A DNA stretch of 63,446 nucleotides, counting the filler, from Globobulimina sp. (lineage: Eukaryota): assembly GCA_003354225.1 (NCBI GenBank). It is 23 parts of 23 records of this genome, joined end to end, with 100 filler letters (N's around TTAATTAATTAA, not from the genome) between each part and the next. Parts side by side here need not be neighbours in the genome. Positions count along the whole stretch, not along the records: positions 11,060 to 13,723 come from PIVH01005466.1; positions 13,824 to 16,487 come from PIVH01005467.1; positions 16,588 to 19,251 come from PIVH01005468.1; positions 19,352 to 22,015 come from PIVH01005469.1; positions 22,116 to 24,779 come from PIVH01005470.1; 18 more parts are not named here. One strand, written 5' to 3'. Position numbers and translations under genes: made by a program. The notes below the pieces were generated by a model. The model saw only the letters and a list, made by a program, of their open reading frames with translations. It ran no database searches and was not told the DNA's origin. Numbering within the stretch: the first letter of the stretch is position 1; each line of letters starts with the position of its first letter. Shown piece by piece: positions 13,486 through 24,122 of this stretch.

Positions 13486-13723
13486 ATGTTACGCATCAAA
13501 GAAACAGAAAAGCAACGTTATGTATGGCGATGGATGGCAGTCATTGCAATGGTTTTGGTGGTGCTCTTTCTAACTGCTGCTGTCTATCGATGTAACAATG
13601 ATGGTGGAATTGCAGGGGAGAGGGTACTACAAGCAATACCACCATCTGATGCTAAAAGTACTAGTACTACAATCACATTATTCCCAGGCCAATCAAAGCT
13701 AAAAGGGCCAATCAAGCACATAC
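13486..13723 (+). CDS. Hypothetical type II membrane protein, 5' fragment
   Basis: ATG followed by a TM helix; truncated at the contig end. Confidence 0.4.
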
Positions 13724-16370
13724 NNNNNNNNNNNNNNNNNNNNNNNNNNNNNNNNNNNNNNNNNNNNTTAATTAATTAANNNNNNNNNNNNNNNNNNNNN
13801 NNNNNNNNNNNNNNNNNNNNNNNTAGATGTTGATCATTGCTAATAGGTCATCGCTAATACTCAATTAACCATTTTCCAATGGCGTTTTACAAAAGCTCAT
13901 CCATACTTTTTAGTTGAATTCTCGTAACATGTGCCAACTGTACTGTTTGAAATGTGCGAAAGCACAGTTTTCTGACAACACATATACATTTTAGGCGTTA
14001 CGAGCTTTCTGGATCAGTGACTTTTCAAGATTGGAAATTGATTTCAAAGGAAGTAGTAACACGTTTGATCTCAATGGCTATTCTTATAGAGGTGTTGATG
14101 TAAAGTCAGTTATGGCTGCAATTGCGACACGTGCTAATATATCCATCTTAGACATAGATGTCGATGAACGTGGGTCCGGCTTTATCAATGAGCGCATGAC
14201 GTAAGAATAAAGAGTATTTAATGCGATTTATAGTGCTTATTATGTAATTAACCTGGACACTTTAGACTATGTGCTATGCTATGTGGTATAAAGTGTTCAC
14301 AACTGTAATGCATTATGTTACACTGTTTATTTCAGAAAGATGCAGGATTTTTCGGACTTCTTGCGCTCGTCTTTTCGAACACAATTCTTGTTAACTAGTC
14401 TTGGAGTCAGACTTGTCGACAGATGGTCTTATCCGTGGTTGGTAACTGGCTTACTTTCACTCGATCTCACCAAATTGTCATTATTAGCTGTAGGTTGTTA
14501 TTGTATCATTATTCATTGTTTTATCATTAGTGATCATTTATTATAGATTGATTCATTGCAAATTGAAGGTGATCAGAATGTAATGTACCCTTTAATTCGA
14601 AGCAGTTTATTCTCTGATGCTACGCCCTTTCTATCATTATCATTATCAGGCAATTATTATGATTTGCTTGTAAATGGCATATCTAATTGTCTGGCAAAAG
14701 GATCATTTCACATGCATTTACGTCGTCGTTCAAAACTTATTGTCAGGACAATTGATGAGGTAATCCATTGTCTCTACTACTGTACCTACTAGTATAATAA
14801 TTTATGTACGTACATACAGAGTGGTCCATGGTGGTTGGCAGATTCGGCACATATATATCGTTATAGTTTAATTAGTTATTCGAAAAAGCGAAATTTAAAT
14901 TTACATCCATCCATCCATACATACGATCTCGCATTTATAGTAGATGTGTACTTATGCTATGTAGGGTCAGGCAGGGTTGGAAAATCCAACTACCAAACCC
15001 AATCCCCTATTTATACCGTATTTGTATCGTGTTTATTTTAGTTTATGTCCATACTCAGATGTTTTTACCGAACCGAAAGCACCGAAAAAAGTAAGCGGCA
15101 TTTATCAATCGATTGTTTATCTATCCGACCGATAGCCGCTGTATACGACGAAGAAGCCCAAGGATTGACAGAGCTGAGGGGAGATATTGCGATATTTTGT
15201 GATATGAATCTTATTGATGTGAATTTTGGGGTTGTGGGTTGGGGTGTACCTTTTACTTCGTCACATTGTGTGATGACAAGGGGCGTGGACACAATAAAAG
15301 TGGACTTTATACATTTTATTATTTGAAACCACTCTATACTGTATGTTATTATGTTAATAGTATTATTTTTATGTATAATTGTTTGTTCATACATACTATA
15401 ATTGATGAGGTACATACAGTACATACGTGACGTTTTTGTGTTGTGGCGACTGTTTAGACAACCCGATTTTTATCGATAATCGAAAAATAATTTCATAACG
15501 TTATTAGCTTACGATCATAAGGGTTCAAAAAAGATAATATGAAGTATTTTAATGTTTGTGTTACGCTGACTGTACTGTATTATTTAATAATTTGCATTTC
15601 GAGCCATGTATACTCTTTGTTTATTGATTAATTTGAATATGTACAGTATACGTACATTATTTTCTTATATTTATGGGAGACACCAATAAATTTGAAATTT
15701 GTATTGTTGACTGTATTCAAGCAAAATTGTTTACAGACTCCGATGATCACACTTGAACCGCAGTCATCTTAAATTTGGCCTGCCTACTATCGAGTAGCTG
15801 AAAATATCCATTTAGAATTAATAGAACCATAAAATGGCCAATTTAGAGGGCTCCTCTTGGATTGTGAATGTGAAATAAGCAGTTTTGCAAGCCAAATTTA
15901 ATTTTGGCCACCCAAAAAATAGGTCTGAACGAGATTTGAACGAAGGCCTAGTGTTGCAAGTTTTTGTCTGACTAGATTTAATCACACTAGATCCTTTGGT
16001 GCTCTAGACGAAATTGCTTGCATATTTATTTCAGTTATGAAACTTATATAAAACGAGCTATAGCAATGCCCAATTGAATTTGCCGCGCACGGCAGCAGGG
16101 TTTGATCGTGCGTAAAATATCCCTTTCTGAAAAGAGTACTGTAAGTCATAAACCATGGCCAGGCCAGTTATGGTACATACTATGGTCTCATGTAAACTTG
16201 CACATGTCAATAGATTTACATTTATATGATGTTATCGCACACCGGTTTTTAGGTGCCTTTATCAAAGTAAAAGTCGTATTATTTGTTTTTTCTACTATTA
16301 CCCAGGTAAAGTCCTGCTGTTATGTTTAGGTGTTTTGCTTAGTGCTTAGTTTACGGTCAACCCCTAATGA

Positions 16371-16443
16371 CGGGCTTCTGGCTTAGCCTTTGGCCATCGA
16401 GCTCGCGAAGCGAGCGAGAAGCCAAAGGCTAAGCCTAAGCCCG
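16371..16443. repeat. GC-rich nested hairpin: 15-bp perfect outer stem and an inner GCTCGC-GAA-GCGAGC mini-hairpin
   Basis: GGCTTAGCCTTTGGC (16380-16394) pairs with GCCAAAGGCTAAGCC (16421-16435); the inner hairpin spans 16401-16415. Confidence 0.85.
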
Positions 16444-16884
16444 AACTGGGTCACCCAAAGTTAGACAAAAAAGTTAATCGCGAAAACNNNNNNNNNNNNN
16501 NNNNNNNNNNNNNNNNNNNNNNNNNNNNNNNTTAATTAATTAANNNNNNNNNNNNNNNNNNNNNNNNNNNNNNNNNNNNNNNNNNNNAAATACAAGAAAA
16601 ACAATCCAAACAATAATAAAGTTAGCAACACTATAAATGATGCTGACACTGACAGTGGCAACAAAACAAATAATGACAGCATATTTGGTCTTGATGATGA
16701 TGATGATGAGGACTATTGAGCTGAGTGAGAGGTGTAAAACCATCAACACATCTTTTACGTAAAAAATAGTAAATACCAATATTGTGATGATGTTAGTGTG
16801 ACTTAAAAAAAAAACCTCTAACTACGCCTTTTCCCATTACCGACTACCGAGCCTAGAAATATATACTGTATATAAATCTGCACA

Positions 16885-17133
16885 ATGTGTTGGGAAACTA
16901 CATGCGGAACATGCAAAAAGAGGACTTGGGCAGGTCATGCAAAAATACATACCATGCTATCTATTATAAAATAAACAACAACAAAAAAAATACAAAAAGG
17001 TTGTGGACGTCATAAAGAGTCTATAATGTCAAAAATACCAAAGAATGAACAATGTACTTGCAATCAAGCGAAGCAAGGCAATAAAAAACAAGGGAATGAA
17101 CAAAAGGACAATAAAAAAGTTGAAGCAAAATAA
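16885..17133 (+). CDS. Spliced 60-aa Cys/His micro-protein MCWETTCGTCKKRTWAGCGRHKESIMSKIPKNEQCTC... (putative Zn-binding); intron 16934-16999
   Basis: Absent from the ORF track. Exons 16885-16933 and 17000-17133 give 183 nt in frame. The sequence matches the small-protein pattern MC...C..C.K.TW.GCG.H...(C)TC that I recall from plants, fungi and actinobacteria. Confidence 0.8.
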
Positions 17134-17254
17134 TCATACAAAAAAGTAAATAATCCATTCCAATTATTATCTTCTCGTTTGACTAATTCTTGTTTATATT
17201 TTTATGTTGTTGCAGTCCTTGCAATTTTTGTTTTCTGTGCAAGGATAAAATATA

Positions 17255-17575
17255 TTGACTTTTAGGTTCACACTTCTAAACGATGACTAGCTCACTTCAA
17301 GAAACTCTTAATATCAGGGTTCTCACCTCACAGACGACAGTGCAAGGATAGATTTTTCCAGGAATCTATGCAATAAAGGTAAAAATTTTCTTGAAGTGAG
17401 CTAGTCATCTCTAAAGTCTAAACACTTTTGTGATTGACTAAGTTTTTTAAAGTTTTTTACAGGGGGGCGACCCGGGCGCAGCCCCTAAAATGTAGCCTAA
17501 TGTAGGTGCAAAAAGCTTTAAAAAACTTAGTCAATCACAAAAGAAGTGTTTAGAAGTGTGGACCTAAAAAGTCAA
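17255..17575. mobile_element. Nested inverted-repeat element: outer IR of about 70 bp interrupted by an inner 128-bp element with 23-bp perfect TIRs
   Basis: Inner GATGACTAGCTCACTTCAAGAAA (17282-17304) has its exact reverse complement at 17387-17409. The outer arm 17255-17281 plus 17424-17460 pairs with 17507-17575. TCTAAAC is duplicated at 17275 and 17417. Confidence 0.8.
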
Positions 17576-17582
17576 CTATCAC

Positions 17583-18521
17583 TTATTTTTCGTCATTGAG
17601 AGTCTTGCTAAGGTTGGAGTTACTCGCATTTTCATATTTTTGTTCGAAAAGTTGAGTTTTCGATCGTTTAGCTTGCAATAATGCGTGCTTCAGTTTACTT
17701 CCACCCAAAATATCATTTTCTACCATATATTGTTGTACATTATCAAACGTCAAATGATTTATCAATGTTCCATGACAAATGCAATGCCGTAGCTCTGTGG
17801 AACTCGCATTTTTTACGTTATCATATTGCATTGGAATATCAATGAGATACATTGGTGGAACAACACCAAACTTAATGTGATACGGTAACATTAGATCGGA
17901 TTCTCTTTGTATTATACATACACCATAATGACCAAAACCATAATTCAAATTTAAAGAAATTGCTAAATCACTGCCACAGACATAGAATATTGTGAATTTT
18001 TTATATTGTTTTGGATATAGATTTTTTATCATTTCCTCAATGTATCCAATTTCACCACGTATACTTTGCATACATTGTTGATTTGGATGCCACGGTGACA
18101 CTTCCACCCAATCATTGTCTTCCAATGCAAGCGACAGCATATTTATTCTATGTGTCGCTGAAATTGACAAAGCTCCGAGTTTACATTTGCAATAAGTATC
18201 ATGTGTTGGACTGATAAAACCACCAACTACACGATATTTATTATTGGTTTTCTCAATATGCTGTTTCGACAATTCCATATTGATTATATGCATTCGATGT
18301 ACCGGCGAAAATGTGCCTGTCGCCACTAAAACACATGGCATCAAATCATCTTTGTTATTTGAGATGTAATTATTGTAATTTTTCATCACTTTATGACCCA
18401 ATTTTGTAAATTCGTTTTCATTTTCTTTGATTTCCTCATTTTCAACGCTCACGCTTGATTTCTGCACCTTTTCTTTACTTTTGATTTTTTTAGCCTTCTG
18501 ATACTTGTTTGATCCTGACAT
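17583..18521 (-). CDS. Nicotinamide/nicotinate mononucleotide adenylyltransferase-like (NMNAT/NadD, HxGH-type nucleotidyltransferase)
   Basis: GTFSPVHRMH, VVGGFISPTHDTY, HRINML, WVEVSPW, YVCGSDL and SSTELR. Likely start at ATG 18521 (MSGSNK). Confidence 0.85.
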   Translation of the reverse strand: MSGSNKYQKAKKIKSKEKVQKSSVSVENEEIKENENEFTKLGHKVMKNYNNYISNNKDDLMPCVLVATGTFSPVHRMHIINMELSKQHIEKTNNKYRVVGGFISPTHDTYCKCKLGALSISATHRINMLSLALEDNDWVEVSPWHPNQQCMQSIRGEIGYIEEMIKNLYPKQYKKFTIFYVCGSDLAISLNLNYGFGHYGVCIIQRESDLMLPYHIKFGVVPPMYLIDIPMQYDNVKNASSTELRHCICHGTLINHLTFDNVQQYMVENDILGGSKLKHALLQAKRSKTQLFEQKYENASNSNLSKTLNDEK

Positions 18522-18664
18522 TAGAATCAAAAAAATGGGTACTGTTTTCTGACAAATACGTAAGTAAGTTAAAGTAAAGTTTTTTATGATTTTGTTTGAC
18601 TGCCTAAACCTTAAACGCATCTGCAATGGTTTCTGAAACAAATTGGATATAAGCATCACAATTT

Positions 18665-19251
18665 ATGGGTTATAATAATTTTATTAATTATAAGTTTGGA
18701 TATCCACCAAATAATAAACCATTTGACACTACAAATTCAACTTGCCGACCATATGGATTTTTAGCCGGACAAAGGGTGGAAACACCAGACGGCACTGCCA
18801 CTGCAATTGGTGTTGCACCATTGCCGCCGGCTTATGATTACCAAAATCGCACAGTTAATAATATAGTAACTCCAAATGAATTATTTTTTGATTTAGATGC
18901 TGACGAAAATGGGTTAAATCGAAGAAAATGTTGGCCAACATTTAGACAACAACAGTTTACAGAAAATGGTTTCATTTTATTAAACAATGGCTCAGTGATA
19001 AACATTTGGGGACAAAGTTTCCATTCATTTTCTGGCAAACAATGGTGGAATGATGCAAAATATTTAAAGGATGCACAAGTCACTTTTTTCAATAAATTTG
19101 GTGATCCAAATGATCCACGATATAATTGTATTAAATACAAGAAAAACAATCCAAACAATAATAAAGTTAGCAACACTATAAATGATGCTGACACTGACAG
19201 TGGCAACAAAACAAATAATGACAGCATATTTGGTCTTGATGATGATGATGA
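18665..19251 (+). CDS. Hypothetical 199-aa protein with acidic tail; completes across the junction at 16719
   Basis: FDT...C.PYGF..GQRVETP.G.AT.IGV...LFFDLD resembles a small beta-rich module I recall from protist proteins. It ends DDDDDEDY* after the overlap. Confidence 0.65.
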
Positions 19252-19351
19252 NNNNNNNNNNNNNNNNNNNNNNNNNNNNNNNNNNNNNNNNNNNNTTAAT
19301 TAATTAANNNNNNNNNNNNNNNNNNNNNNNNNNNNNNNNNNNNNNNNNNNN

Positions 19352-20016
19352 TCAGTGATTGGAGAGGTACTTTGTTGCAACAAGCTGTGCAGAATGCAAT
19401 TTATAGGGACGTGCCCATAGGCGGGACATCCGCAGGATGTATGGTCCAATCTTGGTATATTTATACTGCTGACAATGGCACTGTGCATAGCGTGGAAGCA
19501 TTGGAGAACCCATACAATGAATACATGACATTTAGCGATGCGTTTGTTAGGCAAAAATCGGATTTATTATATAATACCATTATTGATACACATTTTGAGC
19601 AACGGAATAGATTTGGTCGCTTGTTTGGATTTGTAGCTCGGATGAGGACAGATCATGGACCGACGGCGGATATTAAAGGCATTGGAATCAATGAGCAGTG
19701 TGCTTTGGTCATTGATTTGGAAACAAATATGGCAGTCACTGTGGGTCCGTTGAATTATGGGAGTGCGGCGTTTATAATCATGCCGGGCGCATTGAACCAG
19801 CCCGATGTCTGTGAAGCAAATACACCGCTGACGTATAGCAATGTAAATGTGCAGAAATTAGACGCATATTTTGCGGATAGGTTTAATTTTGCGACGTGGA
19901 CTGGCGGTGTTTCTGGTGAATCGTATAAAATATCTGCCAATAAGGGGAAGCTTAATAATAGAGATCCTTATGATCCACCAAATAAACGTAAGGTTGATAG
20001 AGGTCATGGAAAATGA
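19352..20016 (+). CDS. Cyanophycinase-like peptidase S51, C-terminal part
   Basis: Nucleophile motif GGTSAG, IIDTHFEQRNRFGRL and GIGINE. The 5' end is truncated. Confidence 0.88.
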
Positions 20017-20132
20017 ACTCGATGGTTAGAAAGGAAATGTTAAATGTTCATAGATTATACAATAGTAAATGTGCAAGGCTATTTATGCAGTTGTCTTAAA
20101 TTTAAAACTTTTTAGTACAGTAACTATTTTTT

Positions 20133-21314
20133 TTGTCCACGATATTTATGAATTCGAAGAAGCAGAACTACAAACTGTATTATTGCAACTGCAGACGATT
20201 AATAATATGTTGTTGCTCTGTCTTAATCATTATTTTATTTATTTTCTATCTTATTTTATTCCAAGCATATCGTATTGGATGTGTTGTATATTCGGCCAAT
20301 AGCAATGGAGTTAAACCAACCCATATTTGTGAGCCGTGGATAAATGTAATTTATGCATTTATTGAAATACCAGATATAATCTCATCAAATAAACAATTAA
20401 TTGAATACAGTCAACAGATAAATACGGAGACTGTCACTGTCTGCACAAATTACCCAAATATTATCGACGGAAATCGCAACCAATATAAAAATATTGAATT
20501 TGTTATTTTATTGTCGCAACGAAGAGGCGGCAGTAACTTTGCGGAGCTGACTTTGTCTCAACATCCACAAATCATAACTGGCCATGAAATTACTATGCGA
20601 TGGTTCCATTTTCATTGCACGCAATTCGTATATAATAAAAAAAATAAATGTCAAGCTAAGTATATGTTATCTATATTAAATAAATGGTTTGTTGATCAGC
20701 TAAATGAATATGGCAAAAACTATAAAAACGATAAAAAACAAGTGTTTTTAGTTAAATTACAAATTGAACAATTTTGGACTTCACATTACAGTGATTTTAT
20801 ACATTATATTTCATGTCAAAATATAACAATCATTCATTATATTCGCAGTGCGCAAATTGCGTCGTATTTGAGTCATTCTATCGATGCAATCGAACGCTTC
20901 CAAACTGGGAATGTTTTAAAAATATTAACCAAAGAGAGAACAAATAAAAATGCGAAAAAAAGAGATCATATTACTGGCAAAATATGGTTAGATCCTGTAA
21001 TAGCAAAACAATATGCATTTAAAATAAATTCACTTCATCAGTCAATCAAATATTTAATACAAAATTATGCATTTAAAAATATTAAATATCAAACATTTTA
21101 TTACGAGAATTTTATTGAGAATAGGAATGCGAAATATTATTGGAAGGCATTACAAGCGTTTCTAGGAATTGATATTGTAATCAATGGAAATGAGTCATGG
21201 ATAAAACGCGAACATCAAAAACCATGTTTTGAGAAAATAGCAAATTGGCAGCAAATAAAGTTTGCATTGAATGGAACAGACAGTGCCTTTGCGTGTGAAA
21301 TGTGGAACTCTTAG
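20133..21314 (+). CDS. Type II membrane sulfotransferase-like protein (Stf0/NodH-like)
   Basis: N-terminal TM, PAPS-loop-like FVILLSQRRGGSNF..LSQHPQI..GHE, IHYIRS, and YENF..QAFLGI. Confidence 0.7.
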   Translation: MSTIFMNSKKQNYKLYYCNCRRLIICCCSVLIIILFIFYLILFQAYRIGCVVYSANSNGVKPTHICEPWINVIYAFIEIPDIISSNKQLIEYSQQINTETVTVCTNYPNIIDGNRNQYKNIEFVILLSQRRGGSNFAELTLSQHPQIITGHEITMRWFHFHCTQFVYNKKNKCQAKYMLSILNKWFVDQLNEYGKNYKNDKKQVFLVKLQIEQFWTSHYSDFIHYISCQNITIIHYIRSAQIASYLSHSIDAIERFQTGNVLKILTKERTNKNAKKRDHITGKIWLDPVIAKQYAFKINSLHQSIKYLIQNYAFKNIKYQTFYYENFIENRNAKYYWKALQAFLGIDIVINGNESWIKREHQKPCFEKIANWQQIKFALNGTDSAFACEMWNS

Positions 21315-21500
21315 TCATATTACTCGGAGTTAGAACTTTTTATAATAATAAATATCAATATATCTCATATTATGTTAAAAGCATCTGCAACTTTCTCAAA
21401 CTTGTTTTATGCGAATATAATCCACTGAAAAAATTGATTTTTCTGTTTAAAAACAGATTTTCACTTTCAAATTAAACTCATTTGGTCCAAATAACCGACC

Positions 21501-22015
21501 ATGCCGTCAGGAGAAAGTCAAGAAACTGATAATTCATCGAAACAAGATCTAGATATTCTAGACTTGTGGTCATTCATTAAAAACTCCAAAGCAACAGAAT
21601 CCGCATCATTCAAAGTATTACGAAAATTTATATTATCATTAAACAAAAAAGAATTAAAACATTTAATCGAAACATATTTAAAATCCAAATTATCCAAACG
21701 TAAACATGATAAAACAGTGTCATACACACAAAGCACCACAAAGAGACTATTAAATGCTAATAATAGTGATACAAAACTGAACGCAATCGACAAACAAATA
21801 TTATCCAAATTAAATCTCAAATATGGAAAAAAATATAATAAAAAAGTGGTTAAAAAAATCCAACAACACTGCAAAAACAAGCAAAACAAAAGTTTGTTAT
21901 CAATCCATCCTCAAGTTTTAGCATATTCCTTTCAGTATTTATCATATAAACAATTATGTAAAATTCAACATACCTGCACATATTTTACTTATTTAAACAA
22001 ACAATATCCAGCATT
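21501..22015 (+). CDS. F-box-like protein, 5' fragment
   Basis: SLLSIHPQVLAYSFQYLSYKQLCKIQHTC fits the F-box-like pattern; truncated. Confidence 0.55.
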
Positions 22016-22115
22016 NNNNNNNNNNNNNNNNNNNNNNNNNNNNNNNNNNNNNNNNNNNNTTAATTAATTAANNNNNNNNNNNNNNNNNNNNNNNNNNNNN
22101 NNNNNNNNNNNNNNN

Positions 22116-24122
22116 GTTACAGGACATAACAAATTACGCCATGTTGGATGTGCCATTGTATTTTCTTCATTCATTTTTTGGTATATAAACTACTCAAATA
22201 TTAATCATAACGACATTGGATTTGGAACATTACCAATTAATGGTGCGACCTCTCAACAATCACAACAAAATATTAATATTAATGATACTATTATAAATAC
22301 ATTGGGTTTCATTTATGTTCCTTGGCCGCAAAATAAATTATCAACATTAATTGTTCAAAATTCGGACTACAAAATCATTGATTTGGCCACAAACATTGAA
22401 GGGATGCATGGCATCGACTGGCCACTCCATTTAAAGGCAAACAACACTCCTTATCTCAGCAGAATATTTAATGAATATTTACATACTGAGTCGAGAAGGA
22501 CTGATAAATTGTTTTGTATTGTACAGAATCCATATTTACGACTGATTTCTGCCTTTGATATTAATGTTACATCGCGATCAAAGAAAAAGTGCCATCCAAC
22601 GGTTTTAAATCGCGATATTGAGAAATGGACAAAGAAAAATGGAAAATTAAACTCATTTGAATTTAACACATTGCCGCAATATTTATACATAAATCTATCA
22701 ATTTGTGATGAAATATTGCATTATGATACGAATAGCGGCAATATGAACAATATGGATAATATGGATATAATTAATAAATATAAACCAAAATTTAAAATTC
22801 AATGTTCAATCAATGATTTAAATTACGCCAATTTACACTCTGTGAATACAATTTATGAGAAAGACTTTGAATTATTTAATTATTCGAAAACAATGTATCC
22901 GACAAACAACAAAATATGGGATAAGATGAAAACATTTGATACATTGTATTCTGTTCCAAAGTTTGATTATAAACCCTTAAAAGTTGAAAATATATCAAAT
23001 ATTTGCAAAACAAATGCAATCTCAGCAAAGAGAGCAAGTGAATCTGAGTCAAGTGAGAGACGGCGGACTGCGGCACAAAACATGGAAAGCAATGTCAAAA
23101 TAGGACTATGTGCCGGTATTCGCAATGAATTGCCGTATTTGTTTGAATGGATTGAATATTACCGAACACTGCAACAATTTGATAAGATTTACATTTATAA
23201 TGATTTGTCGCAAGACAGAGTTGCATATTTGTCATATTTTTACAGTGAATACATGTGGAATTATACAGAAGTTGAAATATTAATATCTCCTCCAATGCAA
23301 AGACAAGATTCGTGGCAAAATTGTCGGCAAAGAGCACTGAATGATAACATCCGTTGGCTCGCCGTGTTTGACATCGATGAATTTGTCTATTCGTTGAACT
23401 TTGAGACAATTAAGCAATTCATACAATATATTGATGCGAATGAACCGCATATCAACAAAATAAATGTTCCCGTCACTCCATTTGGAGCAAAAATATCAAT
23501 GAAAAAATTTAAATATGACTTAAATGTGAATCAAAATGACGAGGATTGTGTTTTAAATTCATCCCAAATATTATCATTGTCCTCGTCATCATCGCTGGAT
23601 TTATTGAATGAGTGCGATATTGACATAATTAATGCAAATGAGAATGGCATTGTTACTGTGATTGGAACATATTTGTTCCGGTCACCCGGTGTAAATGCTG
23701 GCGATTCAAAGAAATATGTCACCCATTTATTGCACGATAATATAACAAATTGCAATCATTTTGGTCGCCGAGCGCGAGAATCAATGCGTGGGAAATCAAC
23801 AGTTTGTTCGACCGGCTCTTTTAAGAAATCGATATTGAAAATTCCAGAATGTGAAATCATTGGAACTCATCATTGTATGACATGGCAAAGCAATGTCAAT
23901 GAAACACAGTTTGAGGACATTGCGTTTCTTAAAGGAAATCATTATTTTCTTCGAGGCTATGAAAATTTTTTTGCATCTTATTCATTCGATAAACCTGATA
24001 AAAAAATTGAATTATTGGATGCTGATATTCGCGATTATTTTTTATCGATTTATGATCCAATTCTTGCTCACAAATATCATTCTGTTCTGTCTCAACGGTT
24101 GAGAAAATTATTGCGTTGTTAA
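22116..24122 (+). CDS. Golgi-type fusion of a sulfotransferase-2-like domain and a GT92/GT2-like glycosyltransferase domain
   Basis: The frame is open from the contig start and includes a TM segment. Motifs FCIVQNPYLRLISAF..PQY..YEKDFELFNY, CAGIRNELPYLFEWIEYY and WLAVFDIDEFV (DxD). Confidence 0.75.
   Translation, partial: VTGHNKLRHVGCAIVFSSFIFWYINYSNINHNDIGFGTLPINGATSQQSQQNININDTIINTLGFIYVPWPQNKLSTLIVQNSDYKIIDLATNIEGMHGIDWPLHLKANNTPYLSRIFNEYLHTESRRTDKLFCIVQNPYLRLISAFDINVTSRSKKKCHPTVLNRDIEKWTKKNGKLNSFEFNTLPQYLYINLSICDEILHYDTNSGNMNNMDNMDIINKYKPKFKIQCSINDLNYANLHSVNTIYEKDFELFNYSKTMYPTNNKIWDKMKTFDTLYSVPKFDYKPLKVENISNICKTNAISAKRASESESSERRRTAAQNMESNVKIGLCAGIRNELPYLFEWIEYYRTLQQFDKIYIYNDLSQDRVAYLSYFYSEYMWNYTEVEILISPPMQRQDSWQNCRQRALNDNIRWLAVFDIDEFVYSLNFETIKQFIQYIDANEPHINKINVPVTPFGAKISMKKFKYDLNVNQNDEDCVLNSSQILSLSSSSSLDLLNECDIDIINANENGIVTVIGTYLFRSPGVNAGDSKKYVTHLLHDNITNCNHFGRRARESMRGKSTVCSTGSFKKSILKIPECEIIGTHHCMTWQSNVNETQFEDIAFLKGNHYFLRGYENFFASYSFDKPDKKIELLDADIRDYFLSIYDPILAHKYHSVLSQRLRKLLRC

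Larger units (their letters stand above)
16588..19251. other. Contig with an exact 119-nt terminal direct repeat: 2545-bp circular or tandem unit
   Basis: 16588-16706 is identical to 19133-19251. The ORF starting at 18665 reads through the junction to TGA at 16717-16719. Confidence 0.9.

Noticed and set aside
13824-16370. Short ORFs in the gene-poor contig
   Set aside because: All are 119 aa or shorter, lack motifs and overlap on both strands. They are probably non-coding or decayed sequence.
16588-19251. CRESS-DNA virus or autonomous plasmid
   Set aside because: No Rep/HUH, helicase or capsid motifs were seen, and one gene has a spliceosomal intron.
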